Shown one piece after another: positions 57,623 to 64,000 of a stretch of 64,000 bases of DNA. Source of the stretch: a virus. Lineage: Duplodnaviria; Caudoviricetes. The DNA lies in the IMG/VR virus record IMGVR_UViG_3300010163_000024, positions 3 to 64,002 of that record. The stretch is one strand, 5' to 3'. The notes under the pieces are model-generated. The model was not told where the DNA came from and made no database searches. It saw nothing but the letters and a program-made list of their open reading frames with translations. Both the position numbers and the translations under genes were made by a program. Within the stretch, counting starts at the first letter, position 1, and the number at the start of each line of letters is the position of its first letter.

Positions 57623-58105
57623 ATGGATAGAGAGTGGAAAGAGCAACTATTGCGTGATGCGAGGTTAGACGGTATGTGTAACGAAAACCTCGCTGCACTA
57701 CGGTTGTGTAACTCAAAAACGGCGGCTATACGCCTATATAAAAAGACTATTGATTGGGCGTTGGAACGCGAATATCCGACGCTCGATTTTCTGCGCAAAG
57801 AGTTCGACAATAGCGAAGCCCGCGACTGCGGAGTTTTCATCGGCCACACTTTCAACGGCGAATTGCTCGACAAGCACCAAGTCTACATTTTCCATAACTG
57901 CAAAGGTACGATTAAAACCGCGCTAAACATCGATGCAGAGATTATCCCGATGTACTACTTTGCGAACGGTTGCAGGATGACTATTGACTGTGACCAACAC
58001 AATTTTATGCCTATTCGTGTCCCCCTATACATTTTCGGCGAGAATACTATAACCGCCGAAAGTCCCAATGCAGATTTCGTTTTCTACAAACACGACACGC
58101 TATGA
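57623..58105 (+). CDS. Conserved phage hypothetical protein
   Basis: A..DGMC...YKK.IDW pattern after the TMP. Confidence 0.6.
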   Translation: MDREWKEQLLRDARLDGMCNENLAALRLCNSKTAAIRLYKKTIDWALEREYPTLDFLRKEFDNSEARDCGVFIGHTFNGELLDKHQVYIFHNCKGTIKTALNIDAEIIPMYYFANGCRMTIDCDQHNFMPIRVPLYIFGENTITAESPNADFVFYKHDTL

Positions 58106-58455
58106 AAGATTTACTGATAAACTTTGTTCTACCGATATTTACCGCACTAATTGCGTGGCTCGGTACTGCATACCGCAATAAACAAAAGAAAGAGGGAGAT
58201 GTGCTCGACAATGTCAAGCGCATCGTAAACATGCAAGACGAGCAAATCAAACGTCAAGACGCCATTATCGAACGTTACCAAAACAGAATTGACGCTTCGG
58301 ATATTAAGACCGCTCATGATAGAGAGTCCATCAAGCAGGCGTATCTATGCAAGCTCCCGTCCGAAGAATGTCCGGTACTGCAACACGATTCGCTTTGGAT
58401 TGAAACTGAGTGCAACAAAAATTGCACTATGTGCGCTAACAACAAGAAATCATGA
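58102..58455 (+). CDS. Membrane-anchored coiled-coil protein (holin-like)
   Basis: N-terminal TM segment, coiled coil, Cys-rich C-terminus. Confidence 0.55.
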   Translation: MKDLLINFVLPIFTALIAWLGTAYRNKQKKEGDVLDNVKRIVNMQDEQIKRQDAIIERYQNRIDASDIKTAHDRESIKQAYLCKLPSEECPVLQHDSLWIETECNKNCTMCANNKKS

Positions 58456-58937
58456 TTAACACTCGCTTGCAAATAGGAGACGGAAAAGTTCTCGATGCCT
58501 ATGCCGAGTATGGTCTGCTCTACCTTAACGCAGACGAGCGGCTTGCACCACCGACAAAAGGTTTCGAGAAAACAACCTATGCTGAGGAGGAGGGCGAGTA
58601 TATCGACCCCAAGACGGTAGATGACGCATTCGATTACAAAGCAACGTTTCTTGTACAAGCGAAAAACAGCGACATCGAAAACGCGAATATCATCATTCGA
58701 GACTTCAATAAGCGGCTCTACACGCAAGAAGGAGATGTTAAGACCTTTAAGCAAATAACATTCTACAATGACTACAACCGCGTGAAGATTGTCGGTTATC
58801 CACAACCAATTGCGGAAGCGAAAAATTTTTATCGCGATAAACATGGTAATGTAGCCGATGCTGTGCAGGTTGAACTCACAATCCGCGTAACGAAGCCGAG
58901 TTTATGCGACTTTGCGCTAACTGACGTAAATCCTTAA
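58452..58937 (+). CDS. Distal tail (Dit)-like protein
   Basis: YGLLYL...PPTK...EEEGE pattern; beta-rich. Confidence 0.55.
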   Translation: MINTRLQIGDGKVLDAYAEYGLLYLNADERLAPPTKGFEKTTYAEEEGEYIDPKTVDDAFDYKATFLVQAKNSDIENANIIIRDFNKRLYTQEGDVKTFKQITFYNDYNRVKIVGYPQPIAEAKNFYRDKHGNVADAVQVELTIRVTKPSLCDFALTDVNP

Positions 58938-59005
58938 TTTGCATGGAAACGGATAACCACTATAAGCGACTTATACTTGACGTACTTACTATGTTTTAGT
59001 ATAAA

Positions 59006-59251
59006 GTGCAAAATAATGAATGTACACCCGAAGAACTCAGGTGCATTAGTGAGGATATATCAGAAAAACTTATCGTGAACGCTACGATTGAAGATATTGC
59101 AAAAGCATTCGGTCAATCCAAGAACAATGTTAAGGCCGTCATGTCGCGCAAGCAATTTCAAAAGGACAATCCGCCCAAAACAAAGAAGTTTTACAACATC
59201 ATTAACTTCTCGAAGATTATACCGACGTCGTGGCGTTGTAACATACAATAG
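59006..59251 (+). CDS. HTH DNA-binding protein
   Basis: TIEDIAKAFGQSKNNVKAVMSR. Confidence 0.55.
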   Translation: MQNNECTPEELRCISEDISEKLIVNATIEDIAKAFGQSKNNVKAVMSRKQFQKDNPPKTKKFYNIINFSKIIPTSWRCNIQ

Positions 59252-59488
59252 GCGCATTATCAACAGCCTTACGGAATTTCCACCGTATTTTATTTTCCAT
59301 ACCTTTCTTTTGACGGTGGCAGGAGCATCAATTATGATGCTCCTTTTTTTGTGACCCGTATCACCAAACAAACACACTACATATCAATAAGTTGATATGT
59401 GACTGTAACTTCTTTGTCGTGCGGCATACGCTACGCTACCTTTGTGTTACGGTCAATGATGACCGCAACAATTAAACCTCTAAATTTT

Positions 59489-60475
59489 ATGTCTGAAACA
59501 AAACAATTTTTCTTCCCCGATGCAGGTGTATCGAGCAACAACCTGCTCGCAAGCATCCTGCCTGCCTTACAGAACCGTGGCGTTGATACTGCCGCGCTTA
59601 TGGGTATGATAAACGGCAACAACGGCGGTCTGTTTGGCGGTCGTGGCTTCGAGGACATCATCGCTCTTATTATCGTGGCTGCTATCTTCGGCAACGGCAA
59701 CTTTGGCTTCGGCAACAATGGTAACGGACGCGGTGACGAGGAACGTCAGATGCTTATGGACGCCATTCAGCGCAATGGCATTGATATCAGCCAACTTGCA
59801 TCCACCCTTAACTGCTCGATAGGACAGATCAACAGCGGTATTAACTCTGTTGCACAGCAAATCTGCAACCTCTCAGCTCAGAGCGGACAAAACACCGCAA
59901 GCATCATCGCACAGATGCAGCAAGGCAACATGGCTCTTACCCAGCAAATCTGCAACTGCTGCTGCGACGTAAAACAACTTATCACCGCACAGGGCTACCA
60001 GAACCAACTTGCCAACTGTGAGCAGACCCATACCCTTGTCAATGCAATCAACGGCGTTAACATCGGTCAGGAGCGCGGTTTCTCCGCTGTGGCTTACGCA
60101 TCGGCAGACCAAACGTGCCAACTCAAGCAGAACGCTAACGACAACACCCGTGCAATCCTTGCCAAACTCGATGCTATCGAGGACAGCCGCAAAGACCGCG
60201 AACTTGCCGAGAAAGACCGCGTAATTGCAACCCTCACTTCCCGCTCGGAGCGTCAGGCAGAACTCCAGCCCATCTACTCGGCATTGCAGGAAATCCAGTG
60301 CAACCAGCCGCCTGTTAAGAAAATATGCTGCCCCGATCAGTACGTTCCGCTCAACACTTCGGTAAACGCCACTTATGGGCTTATCCCTACGGGTTTCTGC
60401 GGAGGTGTGTTCGGCAATGCGTTTGCCAATCCTTTCGGCTTCGGCTTTAACAACGGAACAGGATCGTTCTTTTAA
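59489..60475 (+). CDS. Gly/Asn/Gln-rich coiled-coil protein with NCCC motif (cassette gene 1)
   Basis: Probable start MSETKQFFFP after a TACCTTTG promoter (59438-59445); hydrophobic Gly-rich segment; ICNCCCD. Confidence 0.75.
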   Translation: MSETKQFFFPDAGVSSNNLLASILPALQNRGVDTAALMGMINGNNGGLFGGRGFEDIIALIIVAAIFGNGNFGFGNNGNGRGDEERQMLMDAIQRNGIDISQLASTLNCSIGQINSGINSVAQQICNLSAQSGQNTASIIAQMQQGNMALTQQICNCCCDVKQLITAQGYQNQLANCEQTHTLVNAINGVNIGQERGFSAVAYASADQTCQLKQNANDNTRAILAKLDAIEDSRKDRELAEKDRVIATLTSRSERQAELQPIYSALQEIQCNQPPVKKICCPDQYVPLNTSVNATYGLIPTGFCGGVFGNAFANPFGFGFNNGTGSFF

Positions 60476-60493
60476 TGTAGGGAGGGCATCACT

Positions 60494-60844
60494 ATGGTAA
60501 ATGTGAATGGCATTCCTTGTATTAACTCGACCGGAGTAGCGGTTTCCACGGCTAATGTGACTTACTCGTTTGACAACTCGCGAGAAATCCCATTTGCAGG
60601 GCTTGTGCTTGTGCGGCTGCAACAGGCAGTCCCGACGGGCACCACCGCCACACTTCCCGTGCTGTTTGGCAGTGTGCCGTTGACCGGCTTTAACGGCGAC
60701 CCGATTACGGTTGCCAACCTTAGCGGCACCGGCATCTACACTGTTTACTACAACAGCAGGTCGAGGCTGTTGCAACTGCTGACAGGCATTACTCCTACTG
60801 CGGCTGCGGCTGCGGTAGCAACACCAGTAGCGGCAACAAAGTGA
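60494..60844 (+). CDS. Beta-rich hypothetical protein (cassette gene 2)
   Basis: VNGIP..., GTGIYTVYY. Confidence 0.65.
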   Translation: MVNVNGIPCINSTGVAVSTANVTYSFDNSREIPFAGLVLVRLQQAVPTGTTATLPVLFGSVPLTGFNGDPITVANLSGTGIYTVYYNSRSRLLQLLTGITPTAAAAAVATPVAATK

Positions 60845-60872
60845 TTTATAAACATTAAAAACAATTAACAAC

Positions 60873-61397
60873 ATGAGTTTTTCAACCTTACGCCCCGGTT
60901 CTCCCATCTATATCCTCAATAAAGAGGGTGTTCCGACAGTGGAGATAGGAACGATAGTATCGGTGACTAAACCGATACCACAGTTTGGCTTACCGCAGAC
61001 AATGACAGTTGACCTTATGATAAAGGTCGGTGACAAAACGGGGCCATTCCCTAAAGTTCCTGCTCATGCCGAAGTTGACGAGTACAAGAACAACGGTGTG
61101 CCTACCCAATACGTTCTTGCGACCAACAAGGAGGCAATGAACGCCGAGGTCAACAGCCTACGTCAACAGGCTATTGGTGTAATCAATTCGGTAGACTATA
61201 ACCGTCAGGTGATAGAAGCGTGTGACGAGATGATGAAACGGCTTAATCCTGAGTATGCTGAAAAGCAAAAACAGGAAGCCGAGATTTCCGATCTTAAATC
61301 ACAACTCGCAGCCCAACAGTTGCAGATGGCTGAACTTATATCCTTGTTGAAAGGCATGGAGGGGGCTAAGGAAGAAAAACCTGCAAAAAACAAGTAA
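60873..61397 (+). CDS. Hypothetical protein with C-terminal coiled coil (cassette gene 3)
   Basis: MSFSTLRPGSPIYIL...LNPEYAEKQKQE. Confidence 0.7.
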   Translation: MSFSTLRPGSPIYILNKEGVPTVEIGTIVSVTKPIPQFGLPQTMTVDLMIKVGDKTGPFPKVPAHAEVDEYKNNGVPTQYVLATNKEAMNAEVNSLRQQAIGVINSVDYNRQVIEACDEMMKRLNPEYAEKQKQEAEISDLKSQLAAQQLQMAELISLLKGMEGAKEEKPAKNK

Positions 61398-61400
61398 ACT

Positions 61401-61655
61401 ATGGGATACATGATTGAGATTTCGGAAGACAAAGTATCGGGTCTGTCCGAACATGTCGAAAAGGTTCTCCGCCATGCAGGCAAGGCTATGCAGTGCATAG
61501 AGGAAATGTGCGACGACTACGGCTATGGTGAGCGTGGTGGTTACGGGGAACGAGACGATGATGATTGGGACGGTGATGACCGTATGGGCGAACGTCGTTA
61601 TGGACGCGGTCGCGGTATACGTCGCCGTCGCGATTATCGCGGACGCTACATGTAG
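61401..61655 (+). CDS. Gly/Arg/Asp low-complexity protein (cassette gene 4)
   Basis: YGERGGYGER...MGERRYGRGRG. Confidence 0.65.
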   Translation: MGYMIEISEDKVSGLSEHVEKVLRHAGKAMQCIEEMCDDYGYGERGGYGERDDDDWDGDDRMGERRYGRGRGIRRRRDYRGRYM

Positions 61656-61662
61656 TCCGCAT

Positions 61663-61692
61663 GGAGCGGAGGGTTACGGCCCTCCCTCCTTT
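61663..61692 (+). terminator. Stem-loop/terminator within the cassette
   Basis: GGAG-C-GGAGGG...CCCTCC-CTCC followed by TTT. Confidence 0.55.
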
Positions 61693-61748
61693 ATTTAATT
61701 TGAAAACGACAGTACGCCGAAAGGTATACTACAAGATACATTGAAACT

Positions 61749-62174
61749 ATGGCAATAGAATTGGATATTTATGATGATTACCGTCCGAAAGCAATGACGG
61801 CTTATTTGCGGCACAATGCGTGGAATTTCAATAAAAAGGCTTGTGAGTATGCGGTAAAAGATATGCGAAAACTAAATCCCGCAACCGGAAAGAAAGAGAG
61901 CATAGAACCGCTTACAAAAGAAAAAGTTGATGAACTTCTCGAAAGGTATAATGTCAAACTGGAACACAACAAGGGGTACAATGCAACATTCATCGCTAAT
62001 ATGTGTGTCGCGGATTACTATAAGTCGAGCATTCCCGATGAGCAACACCTCGCACTCTATATTAAGGATGTTATTGATGACCCCGATAACGAGGGAGGCA
62101 ATGTGTTTAGGAAGTGGTACGTGGACTGCATCGCCAAAGGTGAACCTGTAGATTGGGAAGACTTGCTCGATTAA
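61749..62174 (+). CDS. Conserved hypothetical protein (cassette gene 5)
   Basis: YLRHNAWNFNKK...ADYYKSSI.DE.HLA.Y.KD..DD.D. Confidence 0.7.
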   Translation: MAIELDIYDDYRPKAMTAYLRHNAWNFNKKACEYAVKDMRKLNPATGKKESIEPLTKEKVDELLERYNVKLEHNKGYNATFIANMCVADYYKSSIPDEQHLALYIKDVIDDPDNEGGNVFRKWYVDCIAKGEPVDWEDLLD

Positions 62175-62176
62175 AC

Positions 62177-62617
62177 ATGATACGCCAAACATTCGACATA
62201 CCATCTTATGATTGGCACGTTAGGTGCTACTATGCCGTGCATGGCTACCACGTCAGCGAAATCATGAAGAGCTTGATAGAGATAGGTTGCAAAGGCAAAG
62301 ATTTGGATAACGCCTACAGAAGCCTTTCGTCGGGCAACATGAATACCGGCTTGACGTACTCAAACAAACGCACAGGAGAGACCGTTATTGTTATTCAAAT
62401 AACAACAACTACAAAAGAGTTTGCAAAATCGTGGCGGCACGAAATGGGGCATTTGGCAACGCATATAGCCGAAGCGTATGATATAGACCCGCATGGCGAG
62501 GAAATACAATATATCGGCGACGACATTGTAGAAGAAATGTGGGATGTCGCGCATCATCTCCTTTGCGACCATTGCAGAAAGAGACTGACTGAGGGGCTAT
62601 GTCAAATTGGAGAGTGA
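62177..62617 (+). CDS. Putative zinc metallopeptidase, HExxH (cassette gene 6)
   Basis: WRHEMGH plus downstream GEE. Confidence 0.65.
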   Translation: MIRQTFDIPSYDWHVRCYYAVHGYHVSEIMKSLIEIGCKGKDLDNAYRSLSSGNMNTGLTYSNKRTGETVIVIQITTTTKEFAKSWRHEMGHLATHIAEAYDIDPHGEEIQYIGDDIVEEMWDVAHHLLCDHCRKRLTEGLCQIGE

Positions 62618-62695
62618 AAATAAGCATACAGGAATGGGTTTACTTTAAGAACAGAACACAATCAAAACATTATCAATAACCTATAAAAGTAAATA

Positions 62696-62989
62696 ATGAC
62701 TATCAATTCAAAGTTAGAAGTACGCAATGAGGCCGTAAGGATTGCTTCAATGCTGAAAGATGTAGATTCTACAAACATTGTAGAGGTGTCGGAAAAAATT
62801 GAGAAATATATGCTCGGCAATGTAGACGTCCCGGATTTCTATGACCCGAATGCGTATATGCGAGAACTTAAAGATATGTTCAAGTCTCAAATTAGCGACA
62901 GCGGTTCTAAAACGTATAGCGCAAACACCGCTAATGGCGTTAATGGTTTTTGCCTTGGTATTGCACCTGAATCTGCAAAAACAGAATAG
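62696..62989 (+). CDS. Hypothetical phage protein
   Basis: Last plus-strand ORF of the element. Confidence 0.5.
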   Translation: MTINSKLEVRNEAVRIASMLKDVDSTNIVEVSEKIEKYMLGNVDVPDFYDPNAYMRELKDMFKSQISDSGSKTYSANTANGVNGFCLGIAPESAKTE

Positions 62990-63314
62990 CCCCACTCTTA
63001 TCTCTCGTTAGTCTATCTTGGGGCATGGCGCGAAAGCGCAATGTGCGTAGTAGCGCGGTGGAGCGGCATAGGTCGCTCCTTTTTTATACCATATAGGTGA
63101 TGCCACCAAAAAAGGTCTCGAATTCGACACCTTTTGTTTACGATACCGTTCCGGCGTTTCCAATATGCCGGCGAGCCAGGTATTGGCCGATTTTTATAAT
63201 ATTGATTATTAAATAGTTAACATCTAAATAAAGCCCGAAAACGCCTATTTGGGGCCTACTTTTGGCCCGGCTCGGCGCTTTTAGTATAATTAGAGTATAA
63301 CAGAGTTACCGTAT

Positions 63315-63375
63315 AAAAAATCCCTCGCGGGCTTCACAGCAGGCGAGGGGAAACGAATAAAATCTCTTAAATCCA
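63315..63375 (-). ncRNA. Candidate sRNA A (~60 nt)
   Basis: TTGC-N20-TATCTTTG promoter (63379-63410), then an intrinsic terminator TCCCCTCGC..GCGAGGGA-TTTTTT; no ORF. Confidence 0.45.
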
Positions 63376-63421
63376 CCACAAAGATAGTAAAAAATTCTAA
63401 TTATGGCAAATTCGCCGTAAT

Positions 63422-63488
63422 TAAAAACCCCGCAAGAACTCGTCAAGCGGGGGAAATCCAATGCTAATTCAGTGTTTTACCAAAGCCA
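63422..63488 (-). ncRNA. Candidate sRNA B (~65 nt)
   Basis: TTTG-N19-TATATTTG promoter (63492-63522), then terminator CCCCGC..GCGGGG-TTTTT. Confidence 0.45.
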
Positions 63489-63511
63489 TTGCAAATATAG
63501 TAAAACTTTTT

Positions 63512-63695
63512 GTGCTTGCAAAAGCAAGGGTCGGATTTCTCCGGCCCCATAACTCCTCTTACACTTGGTAAGCGAGATATGCAAGTAGCGGTAACGCGCG
63601 CTTACCACTACCGTTTCCCATACCGACACTTGTCCGTTGGGAGTTTGCGCAGACATCGCGACCTGCCGATGTGGGCGACTTTTCGTTTGAACTCG
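63512..63695 (-). ncRNA. Candidate structured ncRNA C (~180 nt)
   Basis: TTTG-N19-TATCTTTG promoter (63699-63729); five or six hairpins including GTAGTGGTAA/TTACCGCTAC and a GAAA tetraloop. Confidence 0.55.
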
Positions 63696-63758
63696 CTACA
63701 AAGATACAACTTTTATGTGAACTTGCAAATCAATACACAATAATTCACGCGTCAAGCA

Positions 63759-64000
63759 TCAATGAGTATCAAGGAGCATCGGCATCAGGATCATCAGCGC
63801 GTTGGCCGTGCGCGGCTCGTCGTAGAGCGGCTTGAACACGCCCGAACGCGTGGAGTCGGCAAGCTCGATGATGACGCTCGGGGTATCGATGTTGGACAGT
63901 ATCTCGACCAGGAACGTCGACTTGAAGCCGATGGTGACCGGCTCGCCCTCGAAGCTGCACGACAGGCTCTCGTTCGCCGAATAGGAGAAATCGAGGTCCT
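63759..64000 (-). CDS. dnaN: Host DNA polymerase III beta clamp, 3' end (partial)
   Basis: Manual translation DLDFSYSANESLSCSFEGEPVTIGFKSTFLVEILSNIDTPSVIIELADSTRSGVFKP...LMILMPMLLDTH*; GC-rich host codons. Confidence 0.92.
   Translation of the reverse strand, partial: DLDFSYSANESLSCSFEGEPVTIGFKSTFLVEILSNIDTPSVIIELADSTRSGVFKPLYDEPRTANALMILMPMLLDTH

Larger units (their letters stand above)
1..63300. mobile_element. Prophage (long-tailed, siphovirus-like) of a Bacteroidota host; left end outside window, right boundary approximate (63.0-63.75 kb)
   Basis: Terminase, capsid, tail tube, tape measure, lysis and recombination/replication genes; Bacteroidota TAnnTTTG promoters; abrupt switch to GC-rich host dnaN at about 63.75 kb. 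Confidence 0.95.

Noticed and set aside
57673-57682. 10-nt matches of possible omega-RNA guides to the prophage itself (TATGTGTAAC here; TATATGAAAG near 21380)
   Set aside because: Too short, AT-rich, and dependent on an unproven scaffold/guide boundary.
2643-62989. Alternative genetic code (stop-codon recoding) as in some gut phages
   Set aside because: Long genes are intact under the standard code and no suppressor tRNA is seen.
63520-63560. tRNA or tmRNA end (GGGGCCGG...; ...CCGGCCCCA) as integration target
   Set aside because: No cloverleaf or T-loop consensus could be built.

Overview
Almost the whole window (1 to about 63.3 kb) is one siphovirus-like prophage of a Bacteroidota host. 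The host flank is seen only at the right edge: the GC-rich 3' end of dnaN (63759-64000, minus), with Alistipes/Rikenellaceae-like composition by inference. The prophage runs off the left edge, and no integrase, repressor or portal gene is visible. Layout: a minus-strand tail-fibre cluster (1-2.4 kb), a long minus-strand early/replication arm (2.6-29.6 kb), a divergent control region with an iteron-like origin (29.6-30.9 kb), and a plus-strand arm. The plus-strand arm holds a D5/P4-type helicase, lysis genes, a 2099-aa tail protein, an intein-containing terminase, head/tail genes, a tape measure protein and an uncharacterised six-gene cassette. The most striking signal is a catalytically intact TnpB with no tnpA (9882-11075). 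Its 3' omega-RNA scaffold recurs without the protein gene at three distant sites (45.8, 48.8 and 50.9 kb), each at the start of a virion morphogenesis gene and each with a different downstream flank. This suggests a one-nuclease, multi-guide homing or phage-competition system. Other points: a class-3-type intein in the terminase Walker A motif, a -1 frameshift site in the tail chaperone, a methyltransferase bounded by 14-bp direct repeats, frameshifted radical-SAM and MBL genes, and three tandem promoter-driven ncRNA candidates next to dnaN. All family assignments come from motif recognition by eye, not database searches.
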